Of a DNA stretch of 64,000 nucleotides, positions 51,732-64,000 are shown in pieces (position 1 is the first letter of the stretch; every line of letters begins with the position of its first letter). The notes under the pieces were generated by a model. It saw only the letters and a list, made by a program, of their open reading frames with translations, was not told where the DNA came from and did not search any database. The stretch is taken from contig BFEA01000038.1 of NCBI GenBank assembly GCA_003427395.1, forward strand, positions 3,750,869 to 3,814,868, read 5' to 3'. Both the position numbers and the translations under genes were made by a program. The DNA comes from Chara braunii. Its lineage: Eukaryota > Plantae > Charophyceae.

Positions 51732-53263
51732 GCAAAAAAAAAAGAAACTGAAAAACGTCTAGGCTACCAGAGTGGCCCGGGTCCACTTTCCCGGCCGGGC
51801 CAAAAAGAAAAAAAAAAAATTAATAAGATTATTTTTCAAGTGAAACTTTTATTTTAAATTTGGTAAAGAATTTTGATGCCACCTTGCAGCAAAAGTTATA
51901 CAGTTTATTATTTTTCATAACATAGTTTTTTTTCTGATTTTTTTTTTTTTTTTTTTTTTTTGGCTAGGAGATCCCGATTGTACAAGGTCACCTCAAAATT
52001 CCTTGTTGGATTTTTTTTTTTTTTTTGGATTATTGTTTTCTATTCCTTGCACGGTTGGGCCGCCCAGGAAAATAGGGTGACCCGGGCGGCCCGACCGATA
52101 GCCTAGAAAATCCCTTAAAAAAATGATATTATACATAAAAAATGAACTGAATAATTTTTTCCTCAGGGTCACATCCATATTCTTTACTAAATGTAAAATA
52201 TAAAATAAAATTTTAGCTTTATTTATTTATTTTTACTTTTTTTGGCCGGGTCGGTAACCAAGAAAAATAATAAAATACATATTTTTAAATTATATTTTAT
52301 ATTTTAAATTTTGTAAAGAATTTTGATGTGACTCTGAGGAAAAAGTTGTTCAGTTTATTTTTCTGCATAATATAGTTTGTTTTTCGGAGTTTTTATATTT
52401 TTTATTTTTTTCTTTACCTTCCCTGGTCTTTCCAAAGTCTGGCTGCCCGAAAAAAAAAAGGTGACCTGGGCGGCCTGGTTTGTAGCCTAGGCTGTAGATA
52501 TAAGCAATAGAAACAACTTTTGGCTTGATGTCATCTTTGATATCCTAACGAATATGAAGATAAAAAATAAAATAAATTAATTAAAGAATATTCAGATAAA
52601 ATAAATTAAGCAACTCCCCTCTAAACCCTTGAATTCGCTATCTATACCCCCTTTGAATGCTTTGATGACCAATCAAGCTTTCTTTGAACTATGAGCATAG
52701 TTTTGTTGTATTTAATATGCGCAATACTAGGCTACCAGACAGGCCGTCCAGGTCACCTTGTTTTCTCTGGCGGCCCGGGCATGTAAGGACCTTGACATGT
52801 CTTACCCAAAAAAAAAAAAAAAAAAAAAACTCAAACTCCAAAATAAAACAATGTTAGGCAAAAAAACAAAAAGTTCAAAAAATCCCAAAAACCACTATGT
52901 TATGCAGAAAAATCAACTGAACAACTTTTGCCTCAGGGTCACATCGAAATTCTTCACCAAATTTAAAATAAAAAATAAAATCTAAAAATATTTATTTTAT
53001 TTTTTTTTATTATTTTTTTTCTTGGCCCGGCTGGGCAAAACACCTCGGGCCACTTTGGTAGCCTAGATTTAAAAAAAATAAAGTTTGTCCACATATGAGA
53101 GAATATGTTCTTGCGAACGTATTCGTAAATACGATAACACATTCGCATTTTTCTGAAACTCTTGAACATCTTCGTCATGATACACAACTTATCAGACTAT
53201 GCACATAATTTTTTAAGATCGTAAAAAAATGAATATTTCAATTCCTAAATATATAGTGTTTTG

Positions 53264-53836
<573 letters not shown>

Positions 53837-54388
53837 GTGTTTTGCCTAGTAATGATGTGCTATGGAAAAACCTATTTTTTTCCTCACCATTTCCAGTGGT
53901 TCTGAAAAAATATATTTTTTTATTTTTTATTTTTTTTAACTTTGCAAAGAATCTTGTTCCTGCAGGAGGCCTAAAAACCGTACTCCGATAATCCTAAAAA
54001 TATTTTGTTCAAAAAAAAAAACAACATTGTTGGGTTTTCACGAAACCTATGTTACCCCCGGATAATCCAAATCTTATCAGATTATCCGTCCAGATAACCT
54101 TACCAGATTATCAGATAAGATCATCTTACCAGATTATTCGTGCTGCTTAGGAAAAAAACATATTTTTCGCAGGGACGGATTTTTCTATATCGGATATTAA
54201 TCCGAAAATTTCATTTGGATTCAAAATTTCGGATAAAATGGGTGTGTCGGATATCCAATTTCGCTACCTAGGTTTTTTACATTGTATCTCGCCGAGTTAC
54301 TGACGATATCCCTCCACTCACAAAGTACGTTATGCATTGGAAACAATAACTTGTTCAGTAGATTACTTTGATGTCCCTCAAACACTTG

Positions 54389-55325
54389 TAGCATGCCATA
54401 CCTTTAGTGTGTGCATATGATCGGCGTCATCGTGCTAAGATGTCTGCTCTTGCTCAACCGATTGACCCTCTTCCCTTTTCTCTGACTGAGGATATCGTGG
54501 AGAACGGGTCTGTTCCCTTTAAGGTCGTTTTTCAGCAGCAGGCGGTCACTTTCTCACATCCACAACGTTTTCGTCGTCGCCCAATTACAACCATTGATCA
54601 TTTCATTACCTACTTATCTTCCCACCGACTCACCCGTTCATGTACTCCATCATCAACTCTCTTTCATGATGTCGGCATTTGTGGATCAACATCGATATCG
54701 ACTTCAACCCCTACTTCATCAACGTCATTGACTACTTGGCTCCTTTAAATATGACTTCAACACACCATCATCCAACCCTGTACATTCTCTTTTGTATGTC
54801 GCATGAAGATTTTTTCCTAGGTAGTTCTTCCTTGGTATCACATAGGTATTGGGACCCTCACGTTATCTTGGTTTCCATTCTCCAAGATATGGCTCCCTCC
54901 TAGTCTGGGAGTTACATATTTGATCCCCTCACTAGTGCATTCATCACCTTATTGTTGGTCACTGCATGCCTTTAGTTAGGCGTTTGATCTCATTTCATAT
55001 TTGTGTTTCATGATAAACCTTATATGGTGTTGTCCTTCTGTCGAGCATTACCTGCCTTGATGGCTTATGTGTTCGGGTTACTGGGTTTTGTTGCATACCG
55101 TGTCACCCCCATCCTGATGACCTATCCCGACTTTGTGTGTGACTGCCTCTAGGAGTTTCGGTTCGTAGGCTACATTCACCCCTTATGAGATCATCCCACT
55201 CCAGTGGTTCAGCGATACGACATTATCGTGTGATATATTGTTTTTTTTTCTTTTAGCACAGAAGCAGTTGCCTCCAGAACTTTAGGATTGTATTATTCTA
55301 TATTTCATTTATTTCTGCTACTTAG
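54389..55325 (+). repeat. Right arm of the long diverged inverted repeat
   Basis: Reverse-complement match to 48060-49029; ORFs 48667..49026(-) and 54407..54748(+) are paralogous readings. Confidence 0.85.
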
Positions 55326-55640
55326 AATGTGTATATTAGACATTTGTTTTTCTTTATGACATTATGTGGCTTCAGTTGCATCGTATAGACTAAGTATCGA
55401 CCTTGTTTCACATCCTAAATTTCCTAACTTTATTGTTTGCAGAGTTTCGTTGCTTTTGCAGATAGCGAGCATTTGGCTTTTGTGATCCACTACAGGTCTT
55501 AGAACCGTGCAACGTGCCTCTATTTACCATGAACTCGGAGAACATTTGTTTTTTCTTCAATTTTTTAATGAAGGTAAAAATATATGTGGACAATATGAAG
55601 TGATGAGTGAAATAAAAAAAAAAAAAAATGATACATTCAC

Positions 55641-56165
55641 CAACGGAAAATTTTTCCAAGAATAAAATAATCATTCTATAGTAAAATTACATTCTAAATT
55701 TTAAATTTGCATTCCATCTTGAAAAATGACATTCTAATTTTAAAATTTTCTGTCTAACTTGAAAACTTTCATTTTAAGAATAGGGTATCCCTTCTTATTT
55801 GAACTGCATGCTAGAGATATAATAAAAGTATGGATGAGTTTACGAAATAGTTAAATTAGACTGTCATTCTATGTAAGGATTTTAAGTCACAAATAAGTTA
55901 ATCCAATCTAAATAAAGAAGATATTTGTTGTCGTAGAATGACAAATTAATTAAAATATTTCATAAACTCGTTCAAACTTTCATTCCATCTTGAACAAATA
56001 GATGTAGTTGGAAGGGAAAACTCATATTTAGAAGGGAACTTATCAAATAAAACTGAAAATTTTATAATTAAACACACATTAGAATGATAATTTAAAACAT
56101 ATGAAGGATTTTTTTTTTATGAAATATTTTTTTAACTTCCATTTCTCGTGGGAATTTTTTTGTTG
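55641..56165 (-). mobile_element. CAAC..GTTG MITE, reverse orientation, TSD AC
   Basis: ac-CAACGGAAAATTTTTCC ... GGAATTTTTTTGTTG-ac. Confidence 0.9.
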
Positions 56166-56264
56166 ACTACGAAATGAGAATAAATTACACAAAAGTATAA
56201 AAAGTTAACAAAAAAAATAAAAAATCAAAGTTCTCACGGTCAAATTATAAGTTAAAGACCTTCA

Positions 56265-57450
56265 TCCATTAACGAGCAACTTTTAGCACGGTCTGTAATA
56301 CTGTGTTGACCAATTTAACGGCACACTCGGAATCATGCTGGATGAGAAAGACCTATAACAAACTGAGGATGAACAATTGTATGACAACTTCGAGCTTAAG
56401 CATTCAAAAAAAAAAAAAAAAAGCAAGGTTCCCGCGAGATAAATGAGCTACCACCCTCCCCCTAACACCCCTCTCACACCTCAAGCCCCTAAAAATAATC
56501 TTCCTTTTATCGATTACAACTCAAAATAAAATTGTCGTTTGGATGCATAACACAAAAGGGCATGCGTCAAAGGACATATAATCACCAAGGAGGCTGCATG
56601 CAACTGAAGGTGAATTCACGAACGACGAATTTATTCTTAGTCGCAAGAGTCTTGCACGATCAACGAGCTGACCGTTCCGCTAGACAAGCTAGTAGTTGGA
56701 GGAACTGACCCATCAAGTTGTAACTTGTCGTGCGAGTGTCCATGTCTCTGACAAACCTGCCAGCACCTTGTTGAGAATAGATGCGACAAACCATGCTACA
56801 AATTGGATGTTAAATGCCTCAACCCATCAACTTGCAATGTTTAGCACCGTCTGTAATACTGTGTTTACCAATTTACCAGCACACTCGGCAAAATACTCGA
56901 CGAGAAGCGGCTACAACAAGCTGAGGATGAATGCGCATGGCTACTTCGAGCTTAACCAATCAAGATAAAAAACCAAGAACCTCGTGAGATAAACGAGTTG
57001 CCACTTGCAAATTGTAGGTTGGAAGACTCGACCAATCAACCTGCAACTTGTGACAAGGCGTATGACCATCTGCTGACAACTTTGTCAAAACCTTTGTGGA
57101 AAGCACATTGCTTCCCTTACCCACCCTTCCCCCCAACACCCCTTCCACACCCCAACTACCGATAAATAATTTCCCCCCCTATCGACTGCAACTCAGGATA
57201 AATTTGTCGTTCGGATGCACAACACAAAAGGATAAGGGTGAGAGGACATATAATCACCAAAGAGGTTGCATGCATTTGAAGGTGAAGTCGCGAATAACGA
57301 CTTTATCCCAGTTGCAAGAATCTTGCCCGACCGGTGGGCTGGGGGTTCCGCCCGACAAGCTGGGAGTTGGAGGAAGTGACTCATCAGCCTGCGACTTATC
57401 GTGCGAAATGACCAGCCCTCTGACAAACCTGCGAGCACATTGCTAAGAAT
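56265..57450. repeat. Diverged tandem duplication of a ~550-650-bp unit
   Basis: TTTAGCACnGTCTGTAATACTGTGTT at 56282 and 56840; downstream blocks colinear. Confidence 0.85.
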
Positions 57451-57719
57451 AGATAAGAAATGATTGCAAGATAAATTTATAGAAAATAATGATGACTGGA
57501 CACGATATCCATACCAAATAAAACGAGCTCCGGTGGTTAATATTTCGCACTTCCAACCATTTTGCTGTGGAGGTCAACCCCAAGAAAAAAATATTGAGCA
57601 ATAAAAAATGATAGAGGTGTTGCGGTATAAGAGGGGTGTGGTACCAAACTGACATTTCGAGAGTTCACGGAATAGACATGCCTGGCCCTTTCCAGACACT
57701 ATTGTGAGTTTATGTTCGG

Positions 57720-57902
57720 TACATGTATTGAAGGAAAATAATGTTGAACACTCTTTCATCATCCACAAACACACAACCCGATGTCCCCGTTAGTCCCCTC
57801 CCGGCCACGATAGTACATTTGTTGAAGGAAAAAAATGTTGAACTCCCTTTCATCATCCCCAAACACAACTCTCCAGCCTTGTCAGTCCCCTTCTCGCCAC
57901 TA
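57720..57902. repeat. Tandem duplication, ~94-bp unit
   Basis: TTGAAGGAAAA.AATGTTGAAC..TTTCATCATCC twice. Confidence 0.85.
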
Positions 57903-58529
57903 AAGTGACACTCCTAAGAGGTGAGGAGACGAGCTGAGCGACACAATAAGTGCTTGCAAATTTGAAGTAGATTGCCACAGTCCTCAACTCATATTTAAAT
58001 CGCATATACCATGCGAGAAATTGAACCAACAAAAGTGTCGAGCGACTTTTCACCGAGACAAAAGGTAAATCAGGTTGTCAGGGAAGGTACACATCATGAA
58101 ATCCGTTTTGGTCGTCTGTCTCAGAGAGGTTGGAGGAAGTTGATGTATAGGGGATGACAACCCTCTCGAAGTGCCTAAGAGTCAACCGGTAGTGGTTAGG
58201 AGTGACAAAAACAGTAATATAAAGCAAGATGTCTTTTAGTATGACAATGAATTGACATGTCGACCATCTAGAAGGCGACTTCTTACACCTAGTACGATTC
58301 AAGTTATCCCTCTTGAAGCACTAGTATAGGGCAAAATGTCTTTCGGCTCAGCAGCAACTTGACAAATCGGCCGCCTGCAAACGGCTATTAGAAGCCGTTT
58401 GCTGACACATAGTACATTTTAGACAGCGACAACCAAGGATGGCTACATAAAGATATGTTTTGAAGGCAACGATCGCTAAAAGATAGAGGGCAAATGACGG
58501 CTGCTTAAAGACAGACTTTGAAGACGTTG

Positions 58530-60390
58530 GTTGCATTTAAACAAAGCTCAGGCGGGGCTGCCAACATATAGGTCTTAAAGAGTCATAAAGATGACGGCTG
58601 CCCAGAGAAAAACTTTAGATGGCTGCAGGCGAAATATAGACTGCAAAGACGGTTATTGCCCAAAGATAGGGCCTCGGGCCCTCAGGGTGTGGAGGATTAT
58701 TTTAAGGGTTAAGTACAATTATGGCTATGTTGGTGGTTGGGGGGGAGTGGGGGGGAGGAAGCACAAGTGCGTAGAAGATTATGATGAGGAAGGGAATGAA
58801 AGTTATACTGACTTTTCAGTGGAAAAAAAAAATCAATTCGCACTTAGACTAGGACCTAGATGTAGGGAACCATTGCAAAAGGGATTGCGCACTTTTCGAA
58901 ATGCGACTCGCCAGCATAGGAGGGTTCGGCCTGTGTTCAATGGAATCCTTACAGATGCGGATTTGGTTTGCAATGAAGCATACATGAAACCATGTATGAA
59001 ATACGTTCAATTATTTGCAAGGTCTTGTATCAAACGTATTACAAACCTGACGTCGCCAAACCTTCATACGTCATCCGTTGCAAGATTATGCATCATTTAT
59101 GAAAAATTGGCAAAGTTTGATCAATAATTTATTCTAGTATTGTTTTGCGGAACCGTATGTCATGTCCAATCATCTAATTTTTGTTTTGTTCAGTAGCGTC
59201 GGCTGAATTTAAATTTTATCACTTTTTAGCACCCATCGGCGTCGCCTTCAGGATTTCATTACGATTAACTTTGCGCAGATTCACTGTACGCAAAATGAAC
59301 TTTGGGCGTTGAAGACCCTGGCCGCATTCAGACAAAACTCAGATGGTGGTTGCCAGCTAATATCTTTTAAAAATGATGGTTGCCCAAAGAAAAAATTTAG
59401 ATGGCTGCAACCAAAATACAGGCTTCAAACACGGTAGGGCCTCGGACCCTCAGGGTGTGGAGGATTTTTGTAAGGGTAAGTACAATTGGAGCTATGTTGG
59501 CTACGGGAAAGGGGGGGAGCAAAAGTGCCTAGAAGATTATGATGAACAGTGTCGCCCAAATGCAAAAAGAAAATCTAAATTACTTTGCAGGGATGAGGAT
59601 CAATCCGCACTTAGATGGTTACCTCGAAAATCGCCTTAGTATACTTCATTTATTCACCTGTGTTGGTGTCAGGTATGGTTGAAGCTACAATTCATTCTGG
59701 AAGTTTTTTCGTGAAAATGTAGGTCTCGTCCAATCATTCAATTTTGTTTTATGTAGTAACATTAACTTAATTCAAAATTTATCACTTAGTACCCGTTGGC
59801 GTTGCCTTCAGGGTTTTCTTGCGATTTACTATGCATAGATTGAATATACACAAAATAAACTCTTAGCGATCATGTTTCAATTTTCATTTTTCCAAATTTA
59901 TTTTTCGTTTGACAAGGTCATTATTCATATCAGCATTCTCACGACAGATGACGAGTGACTATTTTTTGGCTGACAATGATTTTGGAGGATTTTTTAATGT
60001 TTATGGACAATTGTGGGTATCTTGGCGGCGGGCAGGAAAACACAAGTTCCGATAAAATTATGAAGAAGAGGACTGGTGAAGGAAACAATGAAAGTCATAC
60101 TAACTTTGCAGTGAAAAATGTGAATCAATCTGCACTTAGGTGGTGACCTAGACGGAGGGAACCGATACAAAATAGTTTGTGAGTGTCCCGAAATGTGAGT
60201 TGTTAGTATATAATAGTTCTGCCTGTGTTAGATGAACTCCTTACAGGTGCGGATTTGGTTCGCAATGATGCATGTATGAATCCATGTATGAAATATATTC
60301 AACTATTTGCAAGGTCGTGCATCAAACAAAATAAAAACCCGAAGTCATCAAACCTTCACACATTAACCGTTTGCAAGATCGTGCACCATA
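58530..60390. repeat. Three diverged, partly deleted tandem copies of a ~750-bp unit
   Basis: GGAGGATT...ACAATT...AATCAAT.CGCACTTAG blocks starting at ~58690, ~59459 and ~59984. Confidence 0.8.
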
Positions 60391-60392
60391 TA

Positions 60393-61013
60393 TGATAGAA
60401 GACTGAAAGTGAGGTTCCATTATTAGAGGTCTGGAAACAGGTCAAGAGGTTTGACTTTGACAACTACTACAGACTTTGACATCTAACTATAACATGTTAA
60501 AAATTAAACTATTTTTTCTCTCGATACGGTCCGTTTGGCCAACACACACGGGCTTAGTGGATTGTGTGGACATATCATATATAAACAAACGGGGTTATAA
60601 GAAACACACGGCGAACTCTTTCACAATCGCAGTGCGACTCCCTTGAAGTTCAAAAATGTACTTATGAATCTAAGATCACAGACAAACTCAAATACGAACT
60701 TTCACTCAGTGACACAAAACAGACCTGCAATCATATCAAGGATTCAACATCGGCAAAACCATGCACTACACAGGGTCATCTTCAACCACTCTCTGCACTC
60801 ATACCCCTTTGCTTTATCCATACAAGCCTCAACCTTTGTCAAACCTTCCATAATAAAATACTCAGTACCTTTTCAAATGACCATTCAATAAAAGTACGGG
60901 TATAAACCTAAAGAAACAATTCAACCCACAGAGGCTAAGACCTTTAGGTTGAGTGGCGAGAGTGAGTTGGGGTAGAGTCGTAAACCGGTGAATTGGCAAC
61001 CAACCTGTTATCA
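60393..61013 (+). mobile_element. 5' LTR with decayed tRNA-Met-type PBS
   Basis: TGATA...TATCA termini, followed by AAAGGTAATAAGAG (compare TGGTATCAGAG). Confidence 0.6.
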
Positions 61014-61528
61014 AAAGGTAATAAGAGATAATCATCGCAATATCAGACTAAAACTAGTGCAATCTTGAATCAAAATGGTCGAAAAGAGACCTAACAAAGC
61101 ATAGGTCAATCCCCAAAACTAAACTATAAGTGTATGAAGAATAAAGTTCAATAAACCCCTATATTTCAGTGATGTAAACTTCCTAATGACTAAGTTTAAG
61201 CTTACTCGTAGGAAAGTGTCAAAAGGAAAGAAAATTTTGACAGCATCTCCCCTATTCAGGGTGGGTTGTCAAAATCCTTTCTATCAAAATATGAACTAAC
61301 TCCTCAAAAGCAAGAAAATTTGATTAGCATTCCCTCTAAACAAAGTGTTTTTTGATAATTTATACTCGACTTAATATGGAAAGTGAAACGAGCCTTAACT
61401 CTAGAGAGTCAAATTTTGTCTAACTCTTTGATTTACCAAAAATTTGGGCAGCATCTTCTTTAGAGAAGTAAACTTCTCAGATTTATACTAAGTCATATAT
61501 GAACATGAATTAAAACTTAAGTTCCTGC

Positions 61529-61990
61529 CTACGTTGCGACTTGTACTCACCCTCATACGAGTACGAGTCGTACTCCTTTCTCTTACGCTACTCGTACTTG
61601 AGGGTCCGTACAATTTTTATTATTATTATTGTTTTTATTTTGTTTCTTAAACTATAATACGAATTTGCAGATGATGTTCAACCAAATGCTGCTTGTTTTG
61701 TGATGTTGCAGCACATATGATGTGTAGCATGGCAAACATGTTCGCGGACCTTCCCGTTCGGGCGAACACATTCGTCCGTTCGTGCGAACGGGTCGTGAAC
61801 GTGTTCCCGAGGCCCACGGACGCGTTTCGCCCGGGCTGGTACCGGTTTTCGACGGGGTTTCGGAGGGCTTAGGTAGTGTCGGTGGTCGTCAGGGGGGGGG
61901 GGGGGCGGGGGCGAGAGAATCGGGTCCATGTAGAGGAGTGAAGGGGGCAGGGTCAGTTTCAAATTCGAATCATTCGAAATTGCCCTCGCA
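61529..61990. mobile_element. Family D left part interrupted by a family C-like left end
   Basis: 61529-61717 aligns with 51145-51345; TGTGTAGCA plus GTTCGC/GCGAAC repeats begin at ~61721. Confidence 0.7.
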
Positions 61991-62039
61991 TGGCCCCGTG
62001 CTCCAGCTGCTGCCACGTCCGGCGCCCATCTCTGTAAGG

Positions 62040-63420
62040 TAATCCTCGTCCTCCTCTTGCTCCTCCCGCTCCTCCTCCTCGTCCTCCTCCACCTCCTCCA
62101 TCTCCTTGTCCTCGTCAAGTCCGATCGTCGTCACGCGGCTGCCACGTCAGCACGCGTAACCCTTTTTTTTTCCATTTTTTTTTTAATCTTCTTCTTCTTC
62201 GTCTCTTCTTCTTCTTCTTCTTCTTCTTCTTCTTCTTCTTCTTCTTCTTCTTCTTCTTCTTCTTCTTCTTCTCCTCCTACTCCCCCTTGTCGTCGTCGTC
62301 CTCCTCCTCCACCTCGTCCTCCTCCTCGTCCTCCTTGTCCTCCTCGACCTCCTCCCTCTCCTCCTCCTCGTCAAGTCGGACCGTCGTCCCACGGCTGCCA
62401 TGTTAGCACGGTCGACCCTTTTTTTTTCGTTTTTTTTTTATCTTCTTCTTTTTCCTCTCTTCTTCGTCACATCTTCTTCTTCTTCTTCTTCTTCTTCTTC
62501 TTCTTCTTCTTCTTCTTCTTTTTTCCTCCTACTCCTCGTCGTCGTCATTGTCCTCCTCCTCGTTCTCTTCCTCCTCCTCCTTGTCCTCCTCCACCTCCTC
62601 GATCTCATCCTCCTCGTCAAGTCTGATCGTCCTCGCGCGATTGCCACGTCAGCACGCGCGACCTTTTTTTTTCCGTTTCTTTTAATATTCTTCTTCTTCT
62701 TCTTTTTTATATCTTCTTCTTCTTCTTCTTCTTCTTCTTCTTCTTTTTTTTTTTTTTTTTTCCTCCTACTCCTCGTCGTCGTCCTCCGCGTCCTCGTCCT
62801 CCTCCTCCTCCTCCTCCTCCATCTCCTCCTCCTTGTCAAGTACGGTCGTCGTCGCGCGGCTGCCATATCAGCACGCGCGACCTTTTTTTTTCGTTTTTTT
62901 TTTAATCTTCTTCTTCTTCTTCTTCTTCTTCTTCTTCTTCTTCTTCTTCTTCTTCTTCAGCATATCTTCTTCTTCTTCGACATATCTTCTTCTTCTTCTT
63001 CTTCTTCTTTTCCCCGTACACCTCCTTGTCCTCCTCCTCCTCCTCCTCATCCCCCTCCTCCCCCTCGTCTTCCTCCTTCTTCTCCTCCCTCTCTACCTCC
63101 TACACCTCCATCTCCTCCTCCTCGTGAAGTCCAATCGTCGTCGCGCGGCTGCCATATTAGCACGCGTGACCTTTTTTTTCGTTTTTTTCTTACCTTCTTC
63201 TTCTCTCCCCTGTCATCTTCGTCTTCGTCGTGCGGCTGCCACGTTAGCACACTTTTTTTTTTTAATTTAATAAATATTCTTCTTCTTCTTCTTCATGTAC
63301 TCTTCGTTTTCTTCTTTCCTCCACCTCCTCCTCCTCCTATCGTCATCTTGTACTTCTTCTTTATTTCCTCCTCGCCGTCTTCTTCTTGTCTCCTCCTCCT
63401 CCTCCTCGAACTCAGGTGTC
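62040..63420 (+). repeat. Composite minisatellite: conserved GC core + Tn + (TTC)n + (CCT)n
   Basis: Core CCTCGTCAAGTCCGATCGTCGTCGCGCGGCTGCCACGTCAGCACGCG at ~62110, 62365, 62612, 62831, 63120, partial at 63225. Confidence 0.92.
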
Positions 63421-63426
63421 GTCTTC

Positions 63427-63515
63427 GTCTCTCTCTCTCTCTCTTTCTCTNNNNNNNNNNNNNNNNNNNNNNNNNNNNNNNNNNNNNNNNNNNNNNNNNN
63501 NNNNNNNNNNNNNNN

Positions 63516-63584
<69 letters not shown>

Positions 63585-64000
63585 TTCTTCTTCTTCTTCC
63601 TCCCCCTCCCTCATTCTCCCCGTCTCTCCTCGTTCTCCCCCTCTCTCTCCTCATTCTCCCTCTCTCTTTCCTCGTCCTCCCCCGGTCTCTCTCTCTCACA
63701 CACACACACACATTTCTTCTTCTTCTTCTTCTTCTTCTTCTTCTTCTTCTCGTTCTTCCCCTCTCTCTCCTCGTTGTCCCTCTCTCGCTCCTCGTTTTCC
63801 CCCTCTCTCTCCCCGTTACCCCCTCTCTCCCCTTGTCCTCCCCCGGTCTCTCTCTCTCTCTCTCTCACAAACACACACACACACCCCTTTCTTCTTCTTG
63901 TTCTTATTGTTCTTCTTCTTCTTCTTCTTCTTCTCTTCTTCTTCTTCCTCTCCTCGTCCTCCATCTCCTCCCCCCCCCATCCCCTGTTTTTCACTTCTCT
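63427..64000. repeat. Polypyrimidine / (CA)n low complexity with gap 63451-63515
   Basis: Direct reading. Confidence 0.95.

Larger units (their letters stand above)
50895..52490. mobile_element. Family B element (CTAGGCTAC TIR) inserted in a family A remnant
   Basis: TSD GTTGTAGA/GCTGTAGA (7/8); flanks rejoin to family A sequence; further B ends at ~50958, 51759, 52106, 52727 and 53066. Confidence 0.75.

Noticed and set aside
62110-63250. CRISPR-like array
   Set aside because: Spacers are related microsatellites of ~200 bp, repeats are degenerate, no cas genes, eukaryotic context.

Overview
Eukaryotic, repeat-saturated draft-assembly window with no intact host gene that I can support. A streptophyte alga such as Chara is my inference from the repeat style and is unverified. 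It holds two decayed Ty3/Gypsy elements, several L1/Tx1-like LINE remnants (one apparently 5'-inverted by twin priming), a Ulp1 protease fragment, and two U6 snRNA retrocopies, each next to a tRNA-derived SINE head. Non-autonomous DNA transposons include a CAAC..GTTG family with 2-bp TSDs (4 copies), a TTAA-flanked family, one classical hAT and a 5.2-kb nested stack of CTA-ended elements with 8-bp TSDs. There are also tandem duplications, microsatellites, six N gaps and two Nextera junction adapters (artefacts). Best leads: a possible U6-derived SINE linked to a tRNA-SINE, a conserved 3' stem-loop shared by LINE tails, and the nested CTA-TIR families that differ in their palindromic subterminal motifs. 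None is proven to be a new system from sequence alone.
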